Source: an uncultured Rhizobium sp. (lineage in GTDB: Bacteria; Pseudomonadota; Alphaproteobacteria; Rickettsiales; UBA1997). From it: 64,000 bases of DNA. The position numbers were made by a program, and so were the translations under genes. The notes under the pieces are model-generated. The model was not told the origin of the DNA. It did not search any database and was given only the letters and a program-made list of their open reading frames with translations. Below, piece by piece: positions 1 to 9,524 of the stretch. Position 1 is the stretch's first letter; every line of letters starts with the position of its first letter. The stretch spans positions 4,078 through 68,077 of the forward strand of contig CAZDLU010000006.1 of NCBI GenBank assembly GCA_964506725.1, read 5' to 3'.

Positions 1-161
1 CCTTGTGGAATAAAGGTACCGAAAATCCCGATTTGAAATTTATCGTAAAAGAAGATTTGCAACTTACGAAAGCTCGTATTTACTTGGTTCTAGCCACTAA
101 ACTAATAATCAAAACCGGCTTGGAAATTTTTAACATTAAAGCTGTTGAGGAGATGCGATAA
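1..161 (+). CDS. argS: arginine--tRNA ligase, 3' end (partial, runs off the window start)
   Basis: Frame 3 reads ...TKARIYLVLATKLIIKTGLEIFNIKAVEEMR*, matching the typical ArgS C-terminus (ARL.L..A....L..GL.LLGI....M). The stop overlaps the next start as TAATG. argS followed by a SPOR gene is common alphaproteobacterial synteny. Confidence 0.6.
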   Translation, partial: LWNKGTENPDLKFIVKEDLQLTKARIYLVLATKLIIKTGLEIFNIKAVEEMR

Positions 162-931
162 TGGAAGATTTTGGTTATATTAAAGACGAAGAAAAAAAAT
201 ACTTCTCGGCCAATCGGCGCAAGATCGCCTTAATAATCGGCTCGATCCTTTCTGTTGCTGCTTTCATCTATGTTACGATCAATGCTTATTATTATGTTTA
301 TCAAGATGAAAATAGTAATATTGAAGTTATAAAATCTCCGGAAGAGCCAATAAAAATAATTGAAGGAGAACAACAATCACAAAATTCCGCACCGGTCGAT
401 CATACAATTTATGAAGATATTTTTGGTAATAATAAAAGCAAAATTTTAAAAGCTACAGACAATAAAATACAAAAATCTCAAAAAGAAATTATTCCACCAA
501 GACCTGTGGAACCTGTAACGAAAACCGTGGCAAAAGAAGAAAGAACAGTGGAAAAAAATGAGAAAATTATTAATTATTCAACCGAAAACAAAACAGTTGC
601 CAATAATGATTTTCTGACAAAAACCACTGAAACAAAAAACGAAAAAAAAGAAAATACGGTTCAAAATAAAAAGCGTTATGCTCGCGTGCAAATTGCGGCG
701 ATGGCCTCAAAGCAAGCGGCGGAGGACTATTGGGAAAAATTAAATCGTCTTTATCCTAATTTATTTTCCGGATTAAAAATTTATATCGAAGAAGTAAATT
801 TAGGTAAAAAAGGAATTTTTTATCGCTTGCAAATCGGCAACTTTTTTAATCAGGTAAATGCTGAAGAATTTTGCAATAAATACGTGACTCAGGCACATAA
901 AACAAGAGCGGACTGTATTGTCGTAGAATAA
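161..931 (+). CDS. SPOR domain-containing membrane protein
   Basis: N-terminal TM helix, a Lys/Glu/Asn-rich linker, and a C-terminal SPOR-like domain (RVQIAAMASKQAAEDYWEKL...GIFYRLQIGNF...AEEFC). Confidence 0.8.
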   Translation: MEDFGYIKDEEKKYFSANRRKIALIIGSILSVAAFIYVTINAYYYVYQDENSNIEVIKSPEEPIKIIEGEQQSQNSAPVDHTIYEDIFGNNKSKILKATDNKIQKSQKEIIPPRPVEPVTKTVAKEERTVEKNEKIINYSTENKTVANNDFLTKTTETKNEKKENTVQNKKRYARVQIAAMASKQAAEDYWEKLNRLYPNLFSGLKIYIEEVNLGKKGIFYRLQIGNFFNQVNAEEFCNKYVTQAHKTRADCIVVE

Positions 932-950
932 ATAGGTGCCGGGCACCTAT

Positions 951-1202
951 TTAAATATGGTGAAATTCCCTAATGCGCGAAACCAAATCTAAGTAATCTT
1001 TTTCAACTTTTAATCTACCCATAATCCAATCATAAATAAATACATCATCTTCTTCGATAAATTGTTTGTAAATTGCTAATTCTGCATCATTAAATTTCGA
1101 ATAATATTCGTTAAAAAATTTGCCGAGCAATATGTCGGTTTCCTTGCAGCCTCTGTGGTTAGAGCGGTATAAAAGTTGTTTAATTAGTAAATCTCTTGAC
1201 AT
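951..1202 (-). CDS. sdhE: FAD assembly factor SdhE (succinate dehydrogenase flavinylation factor, DUF339)
   Basis: 83 aa with the RGxxE motif (RGCKETD) and typical SdhE helices. Confidence 0.8.
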   Translation of the reverse strand: MSRDLLIKQLLYRSNHRGCKETDILLGKFFNEYYSKFNDAELAIYKQFIEEDDVFIYDWIMGRLKVEKDYLDLVSRIREFHHI

Positions 1203-1594
1203 TTTTTTCTTATTTTTTCGATTAAATTTTTAGCTTTTTTATCATCATAAGGCAAAGCCGGAGCTGCGCCCCAAACCGGTTTGGGGAAAGAAGCGTCATT
1301 TTTAAAACGACCTATTACATGAATATGCAATTGCTTAACCATATTTCCAAGCGCGCCAATATTAAGTTTATCAACATTAAACTCACTTTTTAAAAGCTTT
1401 CCGAGCAAATTTATTTCTTCTAAAACTTCAGTTTGCTCAATAAAATCAAGGTCGGTCAACTCTACCAAATTTTCTTTTTGCGGAACTAAAATAAACCACA
1501 AATAATTCGCATCATTCATTAAAAGCAGTTGCGAGATTTTTAGGTTGCAGATAAAAATAGTGTCGGATTTTAGTTTTGAGTCTAAGATAAACAT
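1184..1594 (-). CDS. HIT family hydrolase
   Basis: Histidine triad LHIHVIGR near the C-terminus; size is typical. Confidence 0.8.
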   Translation of the reverse strand: MFILDSKLKSDTIFICNLKISQLLLMNDANYLWFILVPQKENLVELTDLDFIEQTEVLEEINLLGKLLKSEFNVDKLNIGALGNMVKQLHIHVIGRFKNDASFPKPVWGAAPALPYDDKKAKNLIEKIRKKCQEIY

Positions 1595-1627
1595 AAATAT
1601 ATTGAAAAAAGAAGCTAAGTTTTAATC

Positions 1628-3304
1628 GTGCTAAAACATCTTGCAATACAAAACATAGTTTTAATCGACAAGGCTGAAATTGATTTTGCTTCCGGACTTT
1701 GCATTTTAAGCGGCGAAACCGGTTCAGGAAAATCGATTTTGCTTGATGCTTTGGGTTTGGCGATTGGCTTTCGTTCCAACTTGCGCTTGATTGGAAGCCA
1801 AGAAGAACAAGCTTCGGTGATAGCTGAATTTGATATTAAAAATAATTTAGAGTGCAAAAAAATCTTAGAAGAAAATGATTTGCTTGATGCCGAAAACCCG
1901 CATGAATTAAGGATTCGTCGCGTTATAAAAGAAAATTCTTCTTCCAAAGCTTACTTAAATGATGTTGCAATTGGAATAAATATTTTAGCAAAAATCGGTG
2001 AATCGTTAATTGAAATTCATGGCCAGCACGATCAACGCGGCCTTCTAAACGCCAGCGCTCACATTGAAATTTTGGACGAGTTTTCACAAAACCAAAGCCT
2101 GTTAAAAGAGCTAAAAAAATCTTATGAAAAACTAAAAGAAATTGAAGAAAGAATTGCTGATATAAAATCACGAAAGGAACAGGCCGTAAGAGAAAAAGAC
2201 TATCTTGAATATATCGTAAAAGAATTACAAGCTGCTGATGTTAGGGAAAATGAAGAAGAAAATTTGGTCACAAAAAAAGATCAATTAATCGCCAAAGAAA
2301 AAATTACTAATTTTTTAAATGAAGCCAAATCAAATTTGCTCGAGGCCAATTCTCAACTGCTTTCGTCACAAAAAATTTTGATACGCAATCAAACTATCAT
2401 CAATAATTTTTTAAACGAAAATAAAAATGATTTTGAAGAATTAAGCACAAAACTCGATAGTTATAATGAAGGCTTGGAAGCACAATTATCAATGATTGGT
2501 GACGTGCTAAAAGAAGTTAACAATAATGAAGAAAATTTAGAAGAAATTGAAGAAAGATTATTTTTTATTCGCGGCTTAGCCCGAAAATTTTCATGTACAA
2601 TTTCCGAATTACCAAAAATTATTTCTGACGCAAAAGAAAAATTGCATTTGCTAAATAATGAAGAAGAAGTAGCACACGACCTTGATTTGCAACGCTTAAA
2701 AGCCATTAAGGATTATGAAAAAATCGCCAAGGAATTAAGCGAGAGAAGAAAAAAATCGGCAATTATTTTAGCAAGAAAAGTTGAGGAAGAATTGCAATTT
2801 CTAAAAATGGAAAGTGTAAAATTTTTGGTGAACTTTGATGAAACAGCTAATTCACAAGGTCCGCAAGGTTTTGATAAAGTGCGTTTTACCGCTTCGCTAA
2901 ACAAAAATAATTTTGACGACATTTCTAAAATCGCTTCCGGCGGCGAATTATCACGCTTCATGTTGGCTTTAAAAGTTGCACTGATGGGAATTAATTCCAC
3001 GCCTACTATGATTTTCGATGAAATTGATACGGGAATTGGCGGCAAAACCGCTAATGCAGTTGGTGAACGTTTGAAGAAGTTATCACAAAATCTACAGATT
3101 TTAGTTGTTACGCACCAAGCTCAAATTGCTGCCAAAGCTGATATTCATTTTAAAATCAGCAAAATTTCTGATGGCAAAACAGTAAAAACCGTAATTGAAA
3201 AATTAGATAAAAATAAACGCCAGATGGAAATAGCGCGGATGATTTCAGGAGAGGAGATTAGTAAAGAAGCTTTGGCGGCAGCCCAAAGTTTGATAGGGAG
3301 TTAA
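1628..3304 (+). CDS. recN: DNA repair protein RecN
   Basis: N-terminal Walker A (LSGETGSGKS), a long coiled-coil, and a C-terminal SMC signature (ASGGELSR) with Walker B (IFDEIDTG). GTG start. Confidence 0.95.
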   Translation: MLKHLAIQNIVLIDKAEIDFASGLCILSGETGSGKSILLDALGLAIGFRSNLRLIGSQEEQASVIAEFDIKNNLECKKILEENDLLDAENPHELRIRRVIKENSSSKAYLNDVAIGINILAKIGESLIEIHGQHDQRGLLNASAHIEILDEFSQNQSLLKELKKSYEKLKEIEERIADIKSRKEQAVREKDYLEYIVKELQAADVRENEEENLVTKKDQLIAKEKITNFLNEAKSNLLEANSQLLSSQKILIRNQTIINNFLNENKNDFEELSTKLDSYNEGLEAQLSMIGDVLKEVNNNEENLEEIEERLFFIRGLARKFSCTISELPKIISDAKEKLHLLNNEEEVAHDLDLQRLKAIKDYEKIAKELSERRKKSAIILARKVEEELQFLKMESVKFLVNFDETANSQGPQGFDKVRFTASLNKNNFDDISKIASGGELSRFMLALKVALMGINSTPTMIFDEIDTGIGGKTANAVGERLKKLSQNLQILVVTHQAQIAAKADIHFKISKISDGKTVKTVIEKLDKNKRQMEIARMISGEEISKEALAAAQSLIGS

Positions 3305-3391
3305 GAGAAATAAACGTAAGATCAGATTACAAACAGACTTACCTCAATATGGCTAAAGAAAAGCATAACATCAGAAGAGAGCTGCTAAAAA

Positions 3392-3415
3392 AGCCGGCAC
3401 TTTTACATGCCGGCT
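3392..3415 (-). terminator. intrinsic terminator after ftsL
   Basis: 8-bp stem agccggca/tgccggct with an 8-nt loop. On the minus strand it is followed by a T-run (complement of aaaaa at 3387-3391). Confidence 0.55.
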
Positions 3416-3443
3416 CGGCTACACACCACTGCTAGTAGTTGTT

Positions 3444-3815
3444 CTAAAATGACACCGCATCGTTGCTTGCAATTACAGGATCTTCCTCAATTTTGCTATA
3501 ATTAGCCAAATAATATTGCTCGATTTTTCCTTCATCTTTAATTTGGCTGGCAAGTGCATAACCGTTATCTTTTAAATAGCGCGAAGCCAGGCTGCGTAGA
3601 CGATCCGGCCTTGTCAAGTAAACCCATTCAACCTCAAGCAATTGAATTTCATCTTCAAACGCTGCAATTTCGCTTTCAACTTTCACCATACTATCTTGCA
3701 AAAATTCCATTTTGGATTGCACTATAAACATAGTCAGAATGCTCAATACTAGAGCCGAGGCCATTACGAAATTTGTAAAATAAAATTTGTTAAGCGATTG
3801 CCAAAATTCTCTCAT
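3444..3815 (-). CDS. ftsL: cell division protein FtsL-like (single TM plus coiled-coil)
   Basis: Position directly after rsmH, one N-terminal TM helix, and the alphaproteobacterial FtsL-like motif EWVYLTRPDRL. Confidence 0.7.
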   Translation of the reverse strand: MREFWQSLNKFYFTNFVMASALVLSILTMFIVQSKMEFLQDSMVKVESEIAAFEDEIQLLEVEWVYLTRPDRLRSLASRYLKDNGYALASQIKDEGKIEQYYLANYSKIEEDPVIASNDAVSF

Positions 3816-3816
3816 A

Positions 3817-4749
3817 TCAAATTCTTATCGCCGCGCGAAGTTTAGAAGAGCGCGAACGCGGGTTCGCAGCTACTTCCTCGTCACTCGGAGAAATTGCTGA
3901 TTTAGTAATTAAATGAAAATTTTTCACGGTTTTTTCGGCGAAATTTTCCGGCAGATACCTTGAAATTGCTTTGTTGGCACCGGATTGATTTTTTAAAAAC
4001 TTTTTTACAATTGCATCTTCTAAGCTGTGGAAGGTTACAACCACAAGACGTCCGTCTTTTTTTAGCAAAGAAACTGACGAATCTAAAACTGCTTTTAATT
4101 CGTCAAGCTCTTGATTTATAAAGATGCGCAAAGCCTGAAAGGTTCTAGTTGCCGGATCTGTTTTTGAATATCCCGGATAAAGAGATCTAACGATATCAGC
4201 CAAATCTCGGCAACTAGTGATCGGTTTTATTTTTCTTTTTTCAGTAATTTTTCGGGCAATTTTTCTGGCTTTTGGTTCTTCACCAAATTCTTTAATTATG
4301 TCGGCAAGCTCTTCCTCACTGGTTTCATTGACCAATTCATAAGCGCTGTAATGCATTGTTTGATCCATGCGCATATCAAGCTTGGCATCAGAGTCAAAAG
4401 AAAATCCGCGATCGCGATCATCGAGCTGCATCGAGGAAACTCCTATATCGAGAACGATTCCATCAAGCTCGCTAACATTTTTTTCGGCTAAAAGTTTTTG
4501 ACTTTCGGAAAATTTTCCCTGCAAAAAAACAAAATTTTTCGGGAATTTTTTCTCCAGTTCAAAAGCAAATTTTTTGGCAGTTTCATCGCGATCAATTGAA
4601 TAAAGCCTGCAATCAGCAGCTTCTAGGATCGCACGCGAATAACCACCGGCACCAAAAGTTGCATCTAAATAAGTTTCGCCATTTTTTGGCGCAAGATTTT
4701 CAATCACCTCGTTTAACATTACCGGTTTGTGAAAATCTAAGTTGTTCAT
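3817..4749 (-). CDS. rsmH: 16S rRNA (cytosine1402-N4)-methyltransferase RsmH
   Basis: HKPVMLNEV..., the SAM motif DATFGAGGY, and LDIGVSS; sits in mraZ-rsmH synteny. Confidence 0.95.
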   Translation of the reverse strand: MNNLDFHKPVMLNEVIENLAPKNGETYLDATFGAGGYSRAILEAADCRLYSIDRDETAKKFAFELEKKFPKNFVFLQGKFSESQKLLAEKNVSELDGIVLDIGVSSMQLDDRDRGFSFDSDAKLDMRMDQTMHYSAYELVNETSEEELADIIKEFGEEPKARKIARKITEKRKIKPITSCRDLADIVRSLYPGYSKTDPATRTFQALRIFINQELDELKAVLDSSVSLLKKDGRLVVVTFHSLEDAIVKKFLKNQSGANKAISRYLPENFAEKTVKNFHLITKSAISPSDEEVAANPRSRSSKLRAAIRI

Positions 4750-5195
4750 TTGACCAACCTCAATAAATTACGCTTATCCTTCGCGTCTTTTTTGGCTTTT
4801 GCCATGTAGCTTTCAAACTTCGCCGGATTCCAAATTTCGAAGGTCGAACCTTTACCGATAAAGACGGCCGTATCTTTTATACCGGCTTTTTTAAGTAAAT
4901 TTTCCGGCAAAATAACTCGTCCGTCATTATCAAGTGCAATCTGTGTTGAACCTCCCAAAATCGCGGTGGCAAAGGCATCGCGTTCTTCTGAAAACGGGTC
5001 TAAATTATCAATTGATTCGCTTAATTTTTTGATTCTTTCCAAGTCACAACCTTCGATGCAATCATTAACGAAGGATTCATAAACAACGATTCCGGAAAAA
5101 TCATTTTTTACCAAAGACACGCGGAACTGCGCCGGCACTGACACCCTGCCCTTGCTATCGACTTTGTTCGTGAATGTTGATAAAAATAATGCCAT
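4746..5195 (-). CDS. mraZ: transcriptional regulator MraZ
   Basis: Two SpoVT/AbrB-like repeats with D.KGR..(V/L)P motifs (DSKGRVSVPAQFR and DNDGRVILPENL). Confidence 0.95.
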   Translation of the reverse strand: MALFLSTFTNKVDSKGRVSVPAQFRVSLVKNDFSGIVVYESFVNDCIEGCDLERIKKLSESIDNLDPFSEERDAFATAILGGSTQIALDNDGRVILPENLLKKAGIKDTAVFIGKGSTFEIWNPAKFESYMAKAKKDAKDKRNLLRLVK

Positions 5196-5250
5196 TTGGA
5201 ATTTTTTGGAAAATTATGGAATATTTTGGAAAATTATGGGATAGAAAGGG
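5196..5250. promoter_or_regulatory. phased array of six TGGR/AGGG tetramers at exact 10-bp spacing, a candidate MraZ operator
   Basis: TGGA ends at 5200, 5210, 5220 and 5230, TGGG at 5240 and AGGG at 5250. The array includes a 20-bp tandem duplication, ttttggaaaattatggRata. It lies immediately upstream of the mraZ start. Confidence 0.5.
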
Positions 5251-5300
5251 AGATGTCAAATGAAAGTTGAAAAAAATTTATTATGGAACAATTGATGCTT

Positions 5301-5400
5301 AGTGCTCGGGTGCTCGAGTGCTCGCGCTTCGCTGGTGCTCAGGTCTCTCTTATTTTAAAACTAAGCCCGAGCACCTGAGCACCCGAGCACATGAGCACTT
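5301..5400. repeat. family B palindromic element (8-mer periodic GTGCTCGG / CCGAGCAC arms), copy B1
   Basis: Left arm agtgctcgggtgctcgagtgctcgcgcttcgctggtgctcagg; right arm cccgagcacctgagcacccgagcacatgagcac. Confidence 0.85.
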
Positions 5401-5475
5401 TTTCAAAAAACACTGGAAAATTGCCCACCGCTTCTTACAATTTAAAGTCTCTCTTAAAAATTTTCTTAATTAAAA

Positions 5476-6669
5476 ATGACCTACAACCAACCAGATGCAA
5501 ACGGCAAGTTCGGCGAATTTGGCGGAAGATATGTAGCCGAAACAATTATGCCGGCGGTGTTGGAGCTGGAGAAAGCTTATTTAGCGGCAAAAAACGATAC
5601 GAAATTTTGGGAAGAATTTGCTTATTATTTAAAAAATTATGTTGGCCGTCCAAGCCCGCTATATCTGGCTTCAAGACTTACCAAAAAAATTGGCGGTGCT
5701 AAGATTTATTTGAAACGTGACGAATTAAATCACACCGGATCGCACAAAATAAATAATTGTATCGGACAAATTTTGCTGGCTAAAAGAATGGGCAAAAAGC
5801 GCATCATTGCTGAAACCGGAGCCGGTCAACACGGCGTTGCAACTGCTACGGTTTGTGCATTATTTTCTCTACCTTGTACGATTTACATGGGCGCTAAAGA
5901 CATTGAAAGACAAGCGCCAAATGTGTTTCGCATGAAGCTTCTGGGCGCTGAAATTAAGCCGGTCGAAAGCGGTTCAAAAAGTTTGAAAAATGCGATCAAT
6001 GAAGCCATGCGCGATTGGATTACCAATGCCGATGACACTTACTATTTGCTTGGCACTGTGGCCGGGCCGCATCCTTATCCAATGATGGTGCGCGACTTTC
6101 ATTCAGTGATTGGAAAAGAAGCAAAAGAACAAATTATCGAAACAGAAGGAAAGCTTCCTGATGCCCTTGTTGCCTGCATCGGCGGCGGATCGAATGCTAT
6201 CGGTTTACTTCATCCTTTTATTGATGATAAGGTAAAAATGTACGGCGTGGAAGCAGCCGGAAAGGGCATTTCAACCAGTGAACACGCGGCTTCAATTACT
6301 AAAGGTTCTGTAGCGGTTTTACATGGCAATAAAACCTTTTTCTTACAAGATGAAAACGGCCAGATACAAGATGCGCACTCTATTTCTGCGGGTCTAGACT
6401 ATCCGGGAATTGGGCCGGAACATGCTTATTTACATTCAATTGGACGCGTTGAATATGTAAGCGCTACTGACGATGAAGCGCTTGAGGCCTTCCAATTACT
6501 ATGTCGAACTGAAGGTATAATTCCGGCGCTGGAATCTTCGCACGCGATTTCTTTTGCTTGTAAATTGGCGAAAAAAATGGAAAAAAATCAGACGATAATT
6601 GTGAATTTATCAGGCCGCGGAGACAAAGATATTAATACTGTAGCTAATGCTTTAGGAGTAAAATTGTGA
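5476..6669 (+). CDS. trpB: tryptophan synthase beta chain
   Basis: FGEFGGRYV start, the PLP-lysine region HTGSHKINN, and GGGSNA. Confidence 0.97.
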   Translation: MTYNQPDANGKFGEFGGRYVAETIMPAVLELEKAYLAAKNDTKFWEEFAYYLKNYVGRPSPLYLASRLTKKIGGAKIYLKRDELNHTGSHKINNCIGQILLAKRMGKKRIIAETGAGQHGVATATVCALFSLPCTIYMGAKDIERQAPNVFRMKLLGAEIKPVESGSKSLKNAINEAMRDWITNADDTYYLLGTVAGPHPYPMMVRDFHSVIGKEAKEQIIETEGKLPDALVACIGGGSNAIGLLHPFIDDKVKMYGVEAAGKGISTSEHAASITKGSVAVLHGNKTFFLQDENGQIQDAHSISAGLDYPGIGPEHAYLHSIGRVEYVSATDDEALEAFQLLCRTEGIIPALESSHAISFACKLAKKMEKNQTIIVNLSGRGDKDINTVANALGVKL

Positions 6670-7442
6670 AAAGAATAAAAGAAAAATTTGCTGAACTAAA
6701 ATTACAAAAAAAATCAGCATTAATCACTTACATTTGCGCCGGCGATCCGAATTATGAAACTTCGTTAAACACCTTCAAAGCCTTGCCCGGTGCGGGCGCA
6801 GACATTATAGAGCTTGGTGTACCATTTCTTGATCCATCTGGTGACGGACCGATTATCGAAGAGGCAGGAAAGCGCGCCGTTCTTGGCGGCATGAGCCTTG
6901 CTAAAATTTTTAAAATGGTTGTTGAGTTTAGAAAACATGATGAAAAAACTCCGATAATTTTAATGACCTATTATAATCCATTATTGAAATTCGGAATTAA
7001 TAAAATATTTGCCGAAGCAGAAAAATCAGGCGTTGATGGCATGTTGATCGTTGATTTGCCTCCGGAAGAAGAAAGTGAAATTTTAGAGGAGATTGGTAAA
7101 ACTAAGCTTGATTTAATTAGACTTATTGCACCAACTACTGACATTGAGCGCGCCAAAAAAATTACTAAAAATGCCGGAGGATTTTTATATTTAATTTCAA
7201 TGATGGGAATTACCGGCACTAAGTCGGCAGAGCTTGAAGAAAATAAAAAGAATTTAGAAAAGTTGCGTCAAGTTTCTGATTTGCCGGTGGCGATTGGTTT
7301 TGGAATTAATAATCCGACACAAGCGCAAGAATTTGCTAAACTGGGATTTGACGGCGTGGTTGTTGGGTCGGCGATTGTGAAAGAAATTGGTAATGCGGTA
7401 GAAATTGTTAAGGAATTTGCACACTTGCTAAAGTCATGCTGA
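6666..7442 (+). CDS. trpA: tryptophan synthase alpha chain
   Basis: GTG start overlaps the trpB stop (GTGA). Carries the [14 protein letters not shown] motif. The last codons run into repeat A1. Confidence 0.93.
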   Translation: MKRIKEKFAELKLQKKSALITYICAGDPNYETSLNTFKALPGAGADIIELGVPFLDPSGDGPIIEEAGKRAVLGGMSLAKIFKMVVEFRKHDEKTPIILMTYYNPLLKFGINKIFAEAEKSGVDGMLIVDLPPEEESEILEEIGKTKLDLIRLIAPTTDIERAKKITKNAGGFLYLISMMGITGTKSAELEENKKNLEKLRQVSDLPVAIGFGINNPTQAQEFAKLGFDGVVVGSAIVKEIGNAVEIVKEFAHLLKSC

Positions 7443-7501
7443 GCCTGTCGAAGCATGATTTCTCAGAGTATAATATCATGCTTCGACAGGCTCAGCATGA
7501 C
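7433..7501. repeat. family A REPIN-like palindromic element, copy A1 (ATGC subtype)
   Basis: gtcatgctgagcctgtcgaagcatga ... tcatgcttcgacaggctcagcatgac, with spacer ttctcagagtataata. Confidence 0.9.
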
Positions 7502-7517
7502 ATTCTAGAATTAATAA

Positions 7518-8705
7518 ATGATGAAAAACATAAAAATCTCAACCACAAATTGCGGTATAAAATATAAAAATCGCGACGATTTATTGCTCATAACTTTTCC
7601 TCACACAGCCAATATTGCCGGGGTGTTTACTAAAACTTCAATGCCCGCAGCACCGGTTTCTTTTTGCAAAAAAAATATTAAAAACGGCAAGGCTAAAGCT
7701 TTGATTGTAAACGCTGGCAATGCTAATGCTTTCACCGGAAAAGTTGGCGAAGAAATTGTAAATAAAACCGTTCAAAAAATCTGTGAAAGCTTGAATTGCA
7801 AGGAAGAAGAAGTGTTTGTTTCTTCGACAGGCGTAATCGGTGAAATTTTTAATGTTGACTTAATTACTAACGCAATTCCGAATTTAGTAAAAAACTCAAT
7901 CAATGATGAAAGCATGTGGGACAAGGCCTCAAGAGCTATAATGACCACAGACACTAAACCAAAATTAGTAAAAAAATCATGCAAAGTAAAAGGTGAAGAT
8001 ATCACGTTGATCGGCTTTGCTAAAGGCTCGGGAATGATTGCGCCGAATATGGCAACGATGCTTTCTTATGTTTTTACTGACGCGAATATTTCTTCTGAGG
8101 TTTTACAAATTTTGCTAAAAGATTCAGTTGAAAAAAGTTTCAACGCAATCACTGTCGATTCAGACACCTCAACGAACGACACACTTTTACTTTTTGCAAC
8201 TTGCGAAGCAAAAAATGAAATTAAAAATATTGATGATTCAATTTCAGAATTTAAAAATGCTTTAGATGAGCTGACTTTAGAACTTGCAAAAATGGTAGTA
8301 GTTGATGGCGAAGGTGCGAAAAAATTAATTGAAATTGAAGTGGTGGGAGCCAGCGCCGAATTTGAAGCCAAGACCGTAGCATTTGCAATTGCCAATTCAC
8401 CTTTGGTAAAAACTGCTATCGCGGGCTGTGATCCGAATTGGGGTAGAATTATTATGGCGGTTGGAAAATCTTGCGATAAAACTTCTCCGGAAAAAGTTAC
8501 CGTAAAAATCGGTGATTTTCAATTAACAAAAAATGGTGCAAAGCATCCCGATTACTTAGAATCAAAGGTTCACGACTATTTAAAAAATTCCGAAGTAAAA
8601 ATTTTTGTTGATTTAGGAATTGGTGCAAAAGAAAATTCGGCCACGGTTTGGACTTGCGATTTGAATGAAGAATATATCAAAATTAATAAGGATTATAGAA
8701 CTTAA
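7518..8705 (+). CDS. argJ: bifunctional ornithine acetyltransferase / N-acetylglutamate synthase ArgJ
   Basis: Autoprocessing-site region GMIAPNMATMLSYVFTDA and the C-terminal tail TCDLNEEYIKINKDYRT. Confidence 0.93.
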   Translation: MMKNIKISTTNCGIKYKNRDDLLLITFPHTANIAGVFTKTSMPAAPVSFCKKNIKNGKAKALIVNAGNANAFTGKVGEEIVNKTVQKICESLNCKEEEVFVSSTGVIGEIFNVDLITNAIPNLVKNSINDESMWDKASRAIMTTDTKPKLVKKSCKVKGEDITLIGFAKGSGMIAPNMATMLSYVFTDANISSEVLQILLKDSVEKSFNAITVDSDTSTNDTLLLFATCEAKNEIKNIDDSISEFKNALDELTLELAKMVVVDGEGAKKLIEIEVVGASAEFEAKTVAFAIANSPLVKTAIAGCDPNWGRIIMAVGKSCDKTSPEKVTVKIGDFQLTKNGAKHPDYLESKVHDYLKNSEVKIFVDLGIGAKENSATVWTCDLNEEYIKINKDYRT

Positions 8706-8710
8706 ACTTA

Positions 8711-8746
8711 CCCCTCACCCTAACCCTCTCCCTCAAGGGGAGAGGG
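8711..8746. repeat. family C element, single unit (C1)
   Basis: cccctcaccctaaccctctccctcaaggggagaggg, with an internal hairpin ccctctccc/gggagaggg. The same unit occurs as an inverted pair at 46806-46920. Confidence 0.8.
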
Positions 8747-8761
8747 AATAAATATAAAAAA

Positions 8762-9112
8762 ATGACAAATTCTCGTTTTGATGAAGCACGCAAAAGACTC
8801 TCTAAGGCATTGAAAATGCTAGAAGACGTGACGAAAGAAAAAATTCACGAGGCTTCAATTCAAAAAGGAATTATGGATGAAAATTTAGTAGTTGAACAAA
8901 ATGTAGCTTTGCAAGATTTGCAAAAAGAAATAAATAATTTGCAGGAAAATTTAGAAAGTTTGGGTGACGAATTAGAGCTGGCGAATCGCAAAAATCAAGC
9001 TCTCACAGAAAAAATAAATAATTACCGCTCCAAAGGCTTTAGTTTTATAAATGCTATCGAGACAGATTTGGCGCGCATTGATGACATATTAAAACAAAAT
9101 GAAGATCTATGA
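8762..9112 (+). CDS. coiled-coil protein, DUF4164/ZauP-like (ZapA-associated)
   Basis: Small all-helical coiled-coil ORF whose stop overlaps the zapA start (ATGA). This is the typical alphaproteobacterial arrangement upstream of zapA. Confidence 0.5.
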   Translation: MTNSRFDEARKRLSKALKMLEDVTKEKIHEASIQKGIMDENLVVEQNVALQDLQKEINNLQENLESLGDELELANRKNQALTEKINNYRSKGFSFINAIETDLARIDDILKQNEDL

Positions 9113-9432
9113 AAATTTCCGTCGGCAAATCAAGTTACATAATAAATTGTGAAAAAAAAGATGAAGAAAAATTATTACGTCTTTCTCAAAAATTAAATAA
9201 CCGAGTCAATGATTTAGCACTCTCATTGAAAAATACCGACGAAAAAACTTTGCTTTTAATTGCCGCGATAAATTGCGAAGAAGAAATTGAAAATTTGAAT
9301 TCTAATCTTGAAAGTAATGTTGCATCTGATGAAAAAATAAGCGAAAAAGATATTTATGATGCGGTGAGCGAAAATATGGAAAATGTTGCGGACTATGTGG
9401 AAAAGCTCGCAAATAAGATAAAAAATTATTAA
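9109..9432 (+). CDS. zapA: cell division protein ZapA
   Basis: ZapA-like N-terminal pattern (ISVGKSSYIINCEKKDEEKLLRLSQKLN...LLLIAAIN) and typical size. Confidence 0.75.
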   Translation: MKISVGKSSYIINCEKKDEEKLLRLSQKLNNRVNDLALSLKNTDEKTLLLIAAINCEEEIENLNSNLESNVASDEKISEKDIYDAVSENMENVADYVEKLANKIKNY

Positions 9433-9440
9433 ACCTCATA

Positions 9441-9512
9441 GTCATGCTGAGCCTGTCGAATCATGTATTGAAGCTCGGAGTATAAAACACCTTTCGACAG
9501 ACTCAGAGTGAC
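9441..9512. repeat. family A element, degenerate copy A2
   Basis: gtcatgctgagcctgtcgaatcatg ... cacctttcgacagactcagagtgac, with spacer containing ctcggagtataaaac. Confidence 0.8.
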
Positions 9513-9524
9513 TATTGAGTGTTT

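Noticed and set aside
1615-1947. Numerous 60-130-aa ORFs antisense to or nested in long genes (for example 1615-1947, 14652-15008, 15765-16121, 19433-19768, 24635-25003, 53389-53763 and 58299-58739)
   Set aside because: They lie opposite well-supported genes, have low-complexity or Ser/Phe/Ile-rich composition typical of antisense frames in AT-rich DNA, and show no recognisable motifs.
3437-3444. A second TTGTTCTA half-site, as evidence for a LexA-like regulon
   Set aside because: Only one half of the palindrome is present, and it overlaps the ftsL stop codon. It is most likely a chance match in AT-rich sequence.
9433-9524. 6S RNA (ssrS), which often lies downstream of zapA
   Set aside because: Only 92 nt are available, and they are fully occupied by a degenerate family A element. 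No 6S-like central bubble architecture can be discerned.
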